Assembly (NCBI GenBank): GCA_038998335.1 | Contig: JAVZHQ010000001.1 | Span: 576,001-640,000 of the forward strand | Direction: 5' to 3' | Source of the DNA: Candidatus Aenigmatarchaeota archaeon | Lineage (GTDB): Archaea; Aenigmatarchaeota; Aenigmatarchaeia; CG10238-14; SCSR01 | DNA length: 64,000 bases | In this document: piece by piece, positions 31,468-40,562 of the stretch | How the letters are laid out: each line of letters begins with the position of its first letter | How positions within the stretch are numbered: position 1 is the stretch's first letter | The notes under the pieces: generated by a model | Seen by the model: only the letters and a program-made list of their open reading frames with translations | Told to the model about the DNA's origin: nothing | Database searches by the model: none | Translations under genes and position numbers: made by a program

Positions 31468-33168
31468 ATGGCAAAGAAAAAAACCAAGAAAGTAAAAAGA
31501 GAGAAAGGTAAGAAGTTGGAGAAAACTGAAAAGAAAGTTGAGAGAAAAGAAAAATTTGAAAGAGAAAAAATTGAGAAGATTCAGGAAGAAAAAGCTGAGC
31601 TTGAAAGTATGCTGGGCTTTTTGGAAGATCAGTACAGAAAGGCAGAAATAAGCGAGAAAAGTTACTTGGAAACAAAGCTAAAATACCTTGAAAAACTTGA
31701 GAAGATAAACAAATTTTTAGAGAGGATGGGAGTTAGAGCTGAAGTTAAGCCAAGGGAAGAAAAGGTTGAGGTTAAAACTGAAGAAGTTGAAAAAGAAGTT
31801 GAAGTTCCGAAAGAGGAAAAGAAAGAGGAGAAAACTGAAGTTAAAACTTTTGAAACAATAGAACCTAAGGCAAGGCTTGGGTTTTTGAGTAAAATTTTTG
31901 GGAGAAAGAAAGAACAAAAAGTAGCTAAAAGTGAAGAAGAAACGAAAGCTGAAGAAGCTAAGCTTGAAGTAGCGATGTCTCCTCCAGTTTCTCCTCCTGC
32001 AGAAGAACCTAAAGCTATGGAAACTCCAATAAAGGAAGTTAGGGAAGAAACAAGTGAAAAAATCTTAAAGAAAATTGAAGCAGAGCAGTTTATGGTTGAA
32101 ATAGAGAAGTTGAAAGTTATGATAGAAACTATGAGAGAAAGTTTGAGAGTTACTGATGAAAGTATAAGAACGATATCTGAAAGTATAGGCGAGCTGAGAA
32201 GCATGATTTTAACTGCTGACACAAGCATAAGAGAGACTGCAATAAAACTTGAGAAAATAGAGGATGAAGTTTCTGAGGTTAAGCCACAAGAAATTTCTAA
32301 GAAGTTTAGGGAAGTTTTAGGTGTAATAGATAAACACCAGCTTGCTCTGGAGAAACTTGAGAGAAAAACAGAAGATTTAGGAACAAAGATAAACGCGGTT
32401 TATGAAATGCTGAAAGGAATTGGAAGTTTGGAAAACATAGGAAGAATTAACAAGGAAATTCAGAAAAAAGTTGAAGATATAAACGAAGCAGTGAAGTATA
32501 TAGAAAGAATTGGAGTAAAGACTGAGAAAATATTTGTTGATTTGGGTAAAGGCTTGGAAGATTTAACTCTTTATAAGGTTAAGCAAGAAGATGTTGAGGA
32601 AAGCTTGAAGGAAATAATCAAATCTTTAGATGCTTTGAACGTTAAGTTTGAAGGTTATGTTAGCAAAAGGGATTTGGAGGAAATTAAGGAAGACATTCTT
32701 GTTATGAAAAAGCAGATAGAAGAAATAAACAAAGTCTTGCCAATAGTTCAGGTTAAGCTTCCCGAAAGTATAATTGAACTGAGAAGAAATAGAGAAGATA
32801 TTCTTTTGCTTTTGAGCTCTTTGGAAGAAAAGATGAGAGAAGGGAAGATAAGTAAAGAGGAATATGAAAGCGTGAAGAGAATAAATGAAAAAAAGTTGAA
32901 AGAAATAGAAGAGCTTTTGAAAAAAGAGTGGAAAAGAGTGGAAAAAATCATTAGGGTTGCTGAAAAAGAAAAACCAGAAGTAAAGTCTGAAGAGAAAAGA
33001 AGCGAAGAAGCTGGAGAAGAAACTCCTAAGGAAACTCCAAAAGAAGAAGTTGAGAAAGAAAGCAAAGTTGAGGGAAAAACTGAAACAAAAGTTGAGGGAA
33101 AGGAAGTTAAAGCGAAGGAAGAGGCAACCAAAAAGTTAAGAAAGGAAAAAGTTAAGGAAAAAACCTAG
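31468..33168 (+). CDS. Cytoplasmic long coiled-coil, Glu/Lys-rich protein (566 aa), probably co-transcribed with the giant gene
   Basis: ATG directly follows the giant gene's TAA, with GGTGG just upstream. Heptad-rich centre, charged low-complexity ends, no signal peptide or TM. Confidence 0.85.
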   Translation: MAKKKTKKVKREKGKKLEKTEKKVERKEKFEREKIEKIQEEKAELESMLGFLEDQYRKAEISEKSYLETKLKYLEKLEKINKFLERMGVRAEVKPREEKVEVKTEEVEKEVEVPKEEKKEEKTEVKTFETIEPKARLGFLSKIFGRKKEQKVAKSEEETKAEEAKLEVAMSPPVSPPAEEPKAMETPIKEVREETSEKILKKIEAEQFMVEIEKLKVMIETMRESLRVTDESIRTISESIGELRSMILTADTSIRETAIKLEKIEDEVSEVKPQEISKKFREVLGVIDKHQLALEKLERKTEDLGTKINAVYEMLKGIGSLENIGRINKEIQKKVEDINEAVKYIERIGVKTEKIFVDLGKGLEDLTLYKVKQEDVEESLKEIIKSLDALNVKFEGYVSKRDLEEIKEDILVMKKQIEEINKVLPIVQVKLPESIIELRRNREDILLLLSSLEEKMREGKISKEEYESVKRINEKKLKEIEELLKKEWKRVEKIIRVAEKEKPEVKSEEKRSEEAGEETPKETPKEEVEKESKVEGKTETKVEGKEVKAKEEATKKLRKEKVKEKT

Positions 33169-33797
33169 GCAACTTCTAGCTTTATTTTCTCGCTAATCAA
33201 ATCCAAAATTTTTCTTATATCATCGCTTTTGAAAAGCAAAACAATTTTTTGTTTAATTCTTTCTTCTGGAATTTCAAACTCTGATAAAAAAACTAGAGTA
33301 TAGATTTCTTCTTTATAAACTTGACCAAGCTCGAATTCCTCTATTGCTCTAAAAGGGTTAACAGAAAGAAAAGGTTCTGACAAAACATACTTTGTGTTGA
33401 ACAATTTTTGGAGAATGTTTATGAAATATCCTGAAAGGATGTTTGCAAGCTCTTTTAAAACAGGCAAGTTTTCGTCGCTCAAATCCTTAAAATAACCTTT
33501 CTCTTTTTTAAGGAAAATGTCGGCCATTCTTAATATATCCTTAAGGGAAGAAGAAAGCAAAATCACCCCATTTACAGTGTTCTTAAGCTTGATGAAGAAT
33601 ATCGTAGTTGAAATTTTTTCTGGGTTTAAAAGTTTTGGAACTTCGTTCAAAAGTAAAACCTTTAAAAAGGAGGAAGAAACTTTAACTTCCTTGTTTATCA
33701 TTTCCTTTAAAGCTTTTGCCGTAACTTCTGAACAGGATAGCCACATCTTTTTCAAAAGTTTTGATTCGATTTTTGGGAGAGATATTTTCTTTGTCAT
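33165..33797 (-). CDS. cheC: CheC-family phosphatase-like protein
   Basis: CheC-like layout (AKALKEMINKEV; GVILL; LRMADIFL) with LKELANILSGYFINIL carrying an E-x-x-N motif; directly downstream of a receiver gene. Confidence 0.75.
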   Translation of the reverse strand: MTKKISLPKIESKLLKKMWLSCSEVTAKALKEMINKEVKVSSSFLKVLLLNEVPKLLNPEKISTTIFFIKLKNTVNGVILLSSSLKDILRMADIFLKKEKGYFKDLSDENLPVLKELANILSGYFINILQKLFNTKYVLSEPFLSVNPFRAIEEFELGQVYKEEIYTLVFLSEFEIPEERIKQKIVLLFKSDDIRKILDLISEKIKLEVA

Positions 33798-33807
33798 CTT
33801 ACCATTT

Positions 33808-34179
33808 CTAATCTCCCAAAATTTTTTTTACCCTTCTCACCAAATCCTCGTTGTCAAAAGGTTTTGTTATAAAATCCAAAACATTCAATTTTTCCATTTC
33901 TTCCATCCCAACTTCCGAAAGTCTAACAACTGTAAGAAAAGCTATTTTTAAGTTTTTTGTTTTCGGGTTTTCCCTTATTTTTTTTGTCGTTTCTTTCCCG
34001 GTCATTCCCGGCATCATCATATCCATAAGAATCAAGTCTGGCTTAACCTTTTCCAGTTTTTCTAGGCATTCTTTTCCACTATAAGCAGGAATTACCTCAT
34101 ATCCTTCTCTTTCAAAAATCGCTTTCACAAGCTCGACCAAATTTTCCTCGTCATCAACTATCATTATCTTCTTCTTCAC
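33808..34179 (-). CDS. Stand-alone response regulator receiver (CheY-like)
   Basis: IMIVDDE, DLILMDMMMPGMTG (phospho-acceptor Asp), FLT, FITKPF; GTG start with GGAGG upstream. Confidence 0.95.
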   Translation of the reverse strand: MKKKIMIVDDEENLVELVKAIFEREGYEVIPAYSGKECLEKLEKVKPDLILMDMMMPGMTGKETTKKIRENPKTKNLKIAFLTVVRLSEVGMEEMEKLNVLDFITKPFDNEDLVRRVKKILGD

Positions 34180-34185
34180 TTCAAA

Positions 34186-34190
34186 CCTCC
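34186..34190 (-). promoter_or_regulatory. Shine-Dalgarno GGAGG for the receiver gene
   Basis: Minus strand reads GGAGGtttgaaGTG; spacing is 6 nt. Confidence 0.7.
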
Positions 34191-34229
34191 TTAAATATTT
34201 ATTTTTTTCTCTGATTAATATTTATTTGA

Positions 34230-34913
34230 ATGGTGAGCGAAAAAGTTAATTTGGGTTTTTGCCCTGTAGAAGTTGGTATAGGAAGTCATATGGTTATGCT
34301 CTACGAAGAAGAAGGAGAACTTTTAGACGCTTTATCAAAATTTTTCGTCACAGGATTAAAAAATAATGAATTCTGTATTTTTCTCTATCCTAGAGAGGAA
34401 TTAGCTAAAAAGATAGAAGAAAAAATTGGCTTAGAAAAATCTTTAAAAGAGAAAAGAATGCATTTCATTTACTACAAAAATTTCTACTTTAAAGGTAATC
34501 GTTTTAGCAAAAAAAATGCATACATTTTGATTAAAAATGCATTGGATGAAATTATTGTTAAAGGTCTAAAGCTCCTGAGAGGAGCTTCTGAGATGTCATG
34601 GGTGATTAATACTAACCTTTTTAAAAAAGTTGTGAATTTTGAAAACGAAATAACAGAAAAATTTTCAGATTCTAAGGTTTTGTTCGTATGTGCGTATCCA
34701 GTAAGAAGCCTTTCGACTCCTGACCTGATAGATATAATTCAATCTCATATGATGTTAATCTATAAGAAGGGAAGAAAGTGGTGTGTTTCTGAAACTGTAG
34801 AAAGAAAAATCTTAAAAGGCAAGATAGAAGACTTAGAAAAGTTTTATAAAATTGCAATAAAGAGAGAGTTAGAGCTAAAGAAACTTAAAGAAAAAATTAA
34901 AAAAGCTGGTTGA
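34230..34913 (+). CDS. MEDS (DcmR-type sensory) domain protein with C-terminal coiled-coil tail
   Basis: GSHMVMLYE..F..GLKNNEFC, LRGASEMSW, FE..I, FVCAYP, DIIQSH match the MEDS pattern. Confidence 0.8.
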   Translation: MVSEKVNLGFCPVEVGIGSHMVMLYEEEGELLDALSKFFVTGLKNNEFCIFLYPREELAKKIEEKIGLEKSLKEKRMHFIYYKNFYFKGNRFSKKNAYILIKNALDEIIVKGLKLLRGASEMSWVINTNLFKKVVNFENEITEKFSDSKVLFVCAYPVRSLSTPDLIDIIQSHMMLIYKKGRKWCVSETVERKILKGKIEDLEKFYKIAIKRELELKKLKEKIKKAG

Positions 34914-34949
34914 TGCTTGGTATTTATTTAAGGAAGTTAAACTTAAATT

Positions 34950-35330
34950 ATGAGCTTGTACGAAGATGCTAAGAGAATAATTCTTGACCTTTTTGGTCCA
35001 AAGTTTCTAAATGTTCTAGATAGCTTTGAGGATCCAAAAAAGTATCCGATGGAATTCTTGGAAGAGCTTAAGTATTTTTTAGAAAAAGCCATAGGCAAAG
35101 AAGCTGCAGAAGAATATGTCAAACCCCTTTACGAAAAGTATGGAAAAACTAGAAAGATTAAGAAAATTGCAAAAGAATCTACTTCTTCAAAAGGTCTTTC
35201 ATTATTTTTCTGTGGTGGAAAAATCCCACTGCTAATAGAATGTAGCTCAAATCCCACCACAAATCTATTAAATTACTGCTTGCATAAGTTTCTAGAAACT
35301 TCATGTAGTAGATATCCGCTATGCTCATAG
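34950..35330 (+). CDS. Small helical hypothetical protein; only the first ~70-75 aa look protein-like
   Basis: ATG after an AT-rich spacer and an amphipathic helical N-terminal part. The last 152 bp overlap the convergent membrane protein gene. Confidence 0.55.
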   Translation: MSLYEDAKRIILDLFGPKFLNVLDSFEDPKKYPMEFLEELKYFLEKAIGKEAAEEYVKPLYEKYGKTRKIKKIAKESTSSKGLSLFFCGGKIPLLIECSSNPTTNLLNYCLHKFLETSCSRYPLCS

Positions 35331-35937
35331 AAATTATTCCCAAAATTATTAAGAAATATGCTCTAAAAATTTTTGTTTCGAAGAGATTTACCACTGCAAA
35401 TGTTGAAGAAATTATCAGTACTATATCACAAACAACATAGCCAACACTGAAAATTTTCTCTGATAGTAGAACCTCTGGGTTAAAAACATCTTCTTTGATC
35501 AAATAAAAAGTAAAAACAAGTACAAGAATCGAAAAGAAAAGCAGAAAAAGTAGCTTAGGTTTTCTAATTTTTGTTGAAGAAATTTTTCGAACATACCATA
35601 AACCTAATAAGAAAAGGGGATAACCAACTAGCCAAAAAACATCAGCTATTGTACCAACAGGCGACTTGATTCCAAAAATTATTTCATAAATTCCCCAAGT
35701 AGTTTCACCTAAAAACCAAAAGAATGTCCCAAGGGTTAAAAACAAGAATGCCTTGCCTTGAAGGCTAGCACTACCGTAAAACTTGTAAGAATAGAGTCCA
35801 AAAACAAAAGCTAAAAACGAGAGAAAAATTGGTATAATATCAGAAATTATAAAGAAGTTTTCTCCTAAAGGCTGATAAACATAGAGAAAGAGAATGAACA
35901 AGAATAACAAACCAAAAACTAAGTAAACTTTTCCCAT
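35179..35937 (-). CDS. Polytopic (about 7-8 TM) membrane protein resembling stand-alone membrane sensor domains
   Basis: Multiple hydrophobic helices; W.LGE..W..YE and IADVFWLVGY / LIDLWWDLSY motifs; starts 1 bp after the kinase stop. Confidence 0.8.
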   Translation of the reverse strand: MGKVYLVFGLLFLFILFLYVYQPLGENFFIISDIIPIFLSFLAFVFGLYSYKFYGSASLQGKAFLFLTLGTFFWFLGETTWGIYEIIFGIKSPVGTIADVFWLVGYPLFLLGLWYVRKISSTKIRKPKLLFLLFFSILVLVFTFYLIKEDVFNPEVLLSEKIFSVGYVVCDIVLIISSTFAVVNLFETKIFRAYFLIILGIISMSIADIYYMKFLETYASSNLIDLWWDLSYILLAVGFFHHRKIMKDLLKK

Positions 35938-35938
35938 A

Positions 35939-37627
35939 CTATTTATTTGTCTTCTTTTCCTTATATTTTAAAGGTAGCGTAAAGTAAAAAGTAGTTCCTT
36001 TTCCTACCTCACTATCAAACCATATTCTACCTCCTAAAAGCTCTACAAGCTCTTTACATATAGAAAGACCTAAGCCACTTCCTTTAGCTTTTCTTGTGTA
36101 AGGTGAAGAAACCTGAAAGAATCTTGTGAAAATTTTATTGAAATGTTCTTTTGGTATACCTATACCAGTATCCGAAACACTAAACTTTATTTCATCGCCT
36201 TCTTTCTCAGCTTTAATCGTTATTCCACCTTTTTCTGTGTATTTTATTGAATTACTAACTAGGTTCAACAATATTCTTTTCAGCTTTTCCCTGTCAGTCA
36301 GTACATTTGATATTCCTTTTTCAACTTCAACATTTAGGTATAGGCTCTTTTCTTTAGCAAGTTCAATCATTTCATTTTTCACGTCATTCAAAATCTCATT
36401 TATGTTTACTTCTTCAACAAAAACTTTTATCGTTCCTAAATCTATTCTTGATAAATCTAAAATATCTGTAATAAGAGCGCTTAACCTTTTAATTTCATCT
36501 TCAATGATTTTAAGGTATCTTAAACGCTTCTCTTTGTCTTTGATTATCTCTTCATCCTTCAAGAGCTGAGCAAACCCTGAAATTGCAGTCATGGGAGTTT
36601 TGAGCTCGTGAGCAGCTATTGAAATAAACCTGTCTTTTTCCACATCTAGCTTCTTGAGTTCCATATAACTTTTTTTCAATTTTTTCTGAGCTTCGAGAAG
36701 CTTTTTGTTCGTTTCGTTCAAATCTTCCATCATATTCATTAGAGCAATCTTAGTTTCTGTCAATTCTTTTACCTTCTCGTTCAGTTCTTTCGTTCTTTCT
36801 CTTACAGTCTTTTCTAATTCTTTTTGGTGAGACTCGATCTTTCTTTTAAACTCTAGAAGTTTCTTTGACATCTCGTTAAAATGTAAAGCTAACTTTCCAA
36901 GTTCATCCTTACTTTTTACTTCTATCGTTAACCCAAACTCACCTTCAGCTATTCTGGTTGTAGCTTCCTCAAACTTACTTATTGGGTCTAAAATGCTTTT
37001 AGCCACCAAGAAAGAATAAACCAAACTTGAAGTTGTTAAAAGAGCGATTACCATAATTGATATCAAAATATTTAGAAAGTGAAAGTTTTCTAATTCTTCT
37101 GACGCTTCTAGAGTTTTCTTTTCTACTTCTTTCGAGAGCAAATCCAGTTTTGATAAGATTGCATTTTCTAGTAAAGAATCTATTCTATTCTTCTTAATGT
37201 TTAGAGTTTCTGTATCTTCTGGGTTGCTTTTGTAGTAATTTATTAGATTGTCTGTCAGCAGAAAATAAGAGCTGAAAGAACTTTTCAGCTCTTCTAGCAT
37301 TTCATTTTTTTCCATAAACTTACTTTCGAGAAGAAAAATCTGGTTTTCAGTTTTATTCATTAAATTTTTCATAGATTGAAGATAAACTTCACTGTTTGTG
37401 AAAAGATACTCGTCCAAATTTAACCTGTAAGTTAGGGATAAAATTTTCAAGTAATCTATCGAACTTAAAAGAAACTCATATTCATGAATTACTAGGTTTG
37501 TAGTTTGATGAGCTTTTTGAACTAAAAAATTATTTACAGAAGTTAAAACTAAAACCGACAGGATAAAAATTAGTGAGAATAAAATTAACTTCCTTCTTAT
37601 GGTTAAGTATGGTTTTATTCTAACCAT
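35939..37627 (-). CDS. Membrane sensor histidine kinase (TM, extracellular helical sensor, TM, HAMP, coiled coil, HisKA, HATPase)
   Basis: HAMP (PISKF..DELGKLALHFNEM); H-box AAHELKTPMT; N-box NLVSNSIKYT; G1 DTGIGIP; G2 GSGLGLSIC. Confidence 0.96.
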   Translation of the reverse strand: MVRIKPYLTIRRKLILFSLIFILSVLVLTSVNNFLVQKAHQTTNLVIHEYEFLLSSIDYLKILSLTYRLNLDEYLFTNSEVYLQSMKNLMNKTENQIFLLESKFMEKNEMLEELKSSFSSYFLLTDNLINYYKSNPEDTETLNIKKNRIDSLLENAILSKLDLLSKEVEKKTLEASEELENFHFLNILISIMVIALLTTSSLVYSFLVAKSILDPISKFEEATTRIAEGEFGLTIEVKSKDELGKLALHFNEMSKKLLEFKRKIESHQKELEKTVRERTKELNEKVKELTETKIALMNMMEDLNETNKKLLEAQKKLKKSYMELKKLDVEKDRFISIAAHELKTPMTAISGFAQLLKDEEIIKDKEKRLRYLKIIEDEIKRLSALITDILDLSRIDLGTIKVFVEEVNINEILNDVKNEMIELAKEKSLYLNVEVEKGISNVLTDREKLKRILLNLVSNSIKYTEKGGITIKAEKEGDEIKFSVSDTGIGIPKEHFNKIFTRFFQVSSPYTRKAKGSGLGLSICKELVELLGGRIWFDSEVGKGTTFYFTLPLKYKEKKTNK

Positions 37628-39195
37628 ACTCCATAGAACTCCTCGTCAGAACCCTGAACAGGGCAATAATTAAACCCTTTAACTTTTTTGCTCATAACAT
37701 GAAAGTCTAGGGGAGAAACTCCAAAGATGTTTGGAGCATCTTCAACTATTATTTCCTGTGCTTTAAAGTATAATTCTCTTCTTTTTTCTTTGTCCAAAGT
37801 TCCTAAAGCTTCTTCCAGTATTTTATCTACTTCAGAATTTTTATAATGCCCTGGGTTTGTCCACTCGCCAGCAGTTGAAGAGTGATAAGCTGACCACAAA
37901 TAGTTGTTTGGGTCTGGATAAGCTGAACTAGAATAAAGTGGAAACATATCTGGCGAGGTTTTTGGGTCTTTAAATGAATTCACAGCATCGGCCCAACTCA
38001 TAGGAATTATGTTTACAGTTATGTTTAACTCAGCAAGTTGTTTTTTTAGCAGCAAACCAACTGCTTTTTCTTCTTCCAAACCAGCAACATAAACATAATC
38101 CAAAGAAAAACCGCCATTTGGCCAAGGAGATTTTGCTAATTCTTCCCTTGCCTTAGTCATGTTTAACCTGTAAACGTTTAGATTTTCGTTTACCCACTCG
38201 CTTGGTGGCAAAGGCCCTTTAAGTAATTTTGCTCTTCCAACCCACAATTTTTCCAGAGCATCGTAATCAAAAGCATAAGATATTGCTTTTCTTACATGCT
38301 TGTTAGAAGTTGGTCCATACTGATTGTTCATTTTTATTTCAAAAGTATGGATTGCTGGTTCTTCCACTAATAAGAATCCATAAGCATCTCTCAAAAGAAC
38401 TTGATCTTCAGGAGAAACCCAATCAATTATGTGGACCTCTTCCTTAACCAAAGCGTTAATTCTTTCAGAAGACTCTTTTATAACTTTTCTTGTAAATCCT
38501 TTTAGTCTTTTTTCAGACCATCCTTTCCAGTAGTTTTCAAAAGCCTCAAACTCATAGACTTGACCAGGAATGAAATTTTTAATGGTAAACGGGCCAGAAC
38601 CTGCTTCATGGGAAGCAAGCCAACTCTGACCAAAATCTTCGCCCTTATGCTCCTCAACAATTTTTGGATTAACTATAAACAACCAAGGTATAATATCAAG
38701 AAAAGGTGCAAAAGGCTTAAGAAGCTTAATCCTAACTGTGTAGTTGTCAGGAGTTTCTATACCACTTTCGTTCACTATTCCTTTAAACATGTAAGCAGGA
38801 CCTTTACCTATTTTTAAAAGTCTTTCCAAAGAATACTTTACAGCGTAAGAGGTTACTGGCGAGCCGTCATGAAAATAGGCATCTTTTCTTAAGTGAAAAA
38901 TCCAAGTTGTCCCGTTGTCTAAAACTTCATGACTTTCTGCAAGCCAAGGAATAACTCTTGGTGGGTTGTCAACATGCCTGTATAGATTATCGTAAAGATT
39001 TTTTAATGTACTACTTATTGCTTCATCAAACCCAACAGCAGGGTCTATGGTGTACAAGTCAACAGCAGAACCTATGAAAAGAATTTTCTCTTCTGTTCTT
39101 TTTTCCTCAACTCTTTCCTCGTGCCTAAAAGTAAAAAATGCAAGTAAAACGATTGTTACAACTATTAAAACTAACACTAATGCTAACTTCTTCAT
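37615..39195 (-). CDS. ABC-type family 5 (DppA/OppA-like) solute-binding protein, N-terminally anchored
   Basis: IDPA, LYDNL, PWLAES, FHLRKDAYFHDGSPVT, GSGPF, VRKAISYAFD motifs; N-terminal hydrophobic helix. Confidence 0.93.
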   Translation of the reverse strand: MKKLALVLVLIVVTIVLLAFFTFRHEERVEEKRTEEKILFIGSAVDLYTIDPAVGFDEAISSTLKNLYDNLYRHVDNPPRVIPWLAESHEVLDNGTTWIFHLRKDAYFHDGSPVTSYAVKYSLERLLKIGKGPAYMFKGIVNESGIETPDNYTVRIKLLKPFAPFLDIIPWLFIVNPKIVEEHKGEDFGQSWLASHEAGSGPFTIKNFIPGQVYEFEAFENYWKGWSEKRLKGFTRKVIKESSERINALVKEEVHIIDWVSPEDQVLLRDAYGFLLVEEPAIHTFEIKMNNQYGPTSNKHVRKAISYAFDYDALEKLWVGRAKLLKGPLPPSEWVNENLNVYRLNMTKAREELAKSPWPNGGFSLDYVYVAGLEEEKAVGLLLKKQLAELNITVNIIPMSWADAVNSFKDPKTSPDMFPLYSSSAYPDPNNYLWSAYHSSTAGEWTNPGHYKNSEVDKILEEALGTLDKEKRRELYFKAQEIIVEDAPNIFGVSPLDFHVMSKKVKGFNYCPVQGSDEEFYGVWLE

Positions 39196-40481
39196 TCTTT
39201 CACTCTAAGTTTTTCCTCCAGCTCTTTTATTCTTTTTTTCAGTTCAACCATTTTCAACTCTCTCCCAACTGCAAACTTTTTGAATTTCTCAAGCTCTTTT
39301 ATTTTTTCCTGAAGATTTTTGTTCAGCTCTTCCAGCTTTTCCTCATAACTTTTTCTTTCTGTTATATCTCTTACAACACTTACCCATCCGATTCTATTTC
39401 CCTTTTCATCTTTTAACGGGAAAACTGAATGCTCGGTCGGAAAAATTTCTCCATTTTTCCTTTTCATCCTAAACTCGAAGTTTGTTAAACTTCCTTTCTT
39501 TTCTATTGTCTGGTACAAAACTTTTTGGAATTCTAGCAAGGTTTCTTTGCTTACATGTAAAAACTCTGTTGTCTTACCTATCATCTCTTCCTTTTTATAA
39601 CCAAAGATTTTACTAGCAGCTGGATTGCAATCAATAATAGTTGGTGGTTTTTTACTGCCAAGAATGAATACGGCACAATCCAAGCTTAAGAAAATTTTTT
39701 CTAAGAGTTCTTTAGATTTCCTAATTTCTTCTTCTACTTTCTTTCTAAAAGTTATGTCTCGAATTATTACCATATCGCCTACTATTTTTCCTTTCTCTTT
39801 TATGGGAACTGCGTTAATTTCACCTATGAGTATTTCTCCGTTTTTCTTTATCACTTCAACATCGTAAGGTTTAATCTCAAACCCAGCCATTCTCTTGAGA
39901 AAGTTCTTGTAAGTTATCAAGATACTTTTTTTGGTTAAAACTCCTGCTTCAGTAAACTTTTTTCCTATCAAGTCCTCTTTTTTATAACCCAAAAGCTCTT
40001 CAACTTTTTTATTTATTTCTATAAACCTTCCTTTTCTGTCAAGAATAACAATAGGGTCAACAGCAAGTTCAAAAAGATCTCTGTACTTTTCCTCAGATTT
40101 CTTAATTTCTTCTTCCATCTCTTTTTTCTCAGTCAAATCACTTATCACAACTAATTTTCCGATGAGCTTTCCTTCAGAAAAATAAGGCACAGAATAACCT
40201 TCAAAAAACCTTCCGTCCTTGGTTTCTATTGAACCTTCCACCCTTTCTTTTGAAATTAAAACCTTTTTAATTAAATCTTCAAACTTGTCAGGATTTTTTA
40301 CTTTTTTAGAAGCAACCTTGAGAAAATCTTTAAGATTTCCAGATTTAAGCACTTCTTCCTCAATCCTAAACATCTCTAAAAACTTTTTGTTGTGGTGAAT
40401 TATTTTTCCTTCTGAATCAACAAAGACTACAGCCTCGTTAAGCAGATTACACATTTCATTTAAAAACTCTTTTTCAACCAT
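39192..40481 (-). CDS. Cytoplasmic triple-PAS protein with C-terminal coiled coil and no enzymatic output domain
   Basis: Three PAS/PAC units ending SDLTEKK, RDITFRK and RDITERK; N.....LGY..E..IGK motifs; tail VGRELKMVELKKRI; ATGA overlap with the SBP gene. Confidence 0.92.
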   Translation of the reverse strand: MVEKEFLNEMCNLLNEAVVFVDSEGKIIHHNKKFLEMFRIEEEVLKSGNLKDFLKVASKKVKNPDKFEDLIKKVLISKERVEGSIETKDGRFFEGYSVPYFSEGKLIGKLVVISDLTEKKEMEEEIKKSEEKYRDLFELAVDPIVILDRKGRFIEINKKVEELLGYKKEDLIGKKFTEAGVLTKKSILITYKNFLKRMAGFEIKPYDVEVIKKNGEILIGEINAVPIKEKGKIVGDMVIIRDITFRKKVEEEIRKSKELLEKIFLSLDCAVFILGSKKPPTIIDCNPAASKIFGYKKEEMIGKTTEFLHVSKETLLEFQKVLYQTIEKKGSLTNFEFRMKRKNGEIFPTEHSVFPLKDEKGNRIGWVSVVRDITERKSYEEKLEELNKNLQEKIKELEKFKKFAVGRELKMVELKKRIKELEEKLRVKE

Positions 40482-40562
40482 CCTCTCTAATATAAGTTTA
40501 AGAATTTTCTGTGTTTATTTTTAATCCTTAACTAAAAATAATTCGTTTTCCAATAATTAATT

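Noticed and set aside
33165-34179. Chemotaxis operon
   Set aside because: Only CheC-like and receiver genes are present; there are no CheA, CheW, CheB, CheR, MCP or archaellum genes in the window.
37615-39195. Complete peptide ABC transporter
   Set aside because: No permease or ABC ATPase genes are adjacent.
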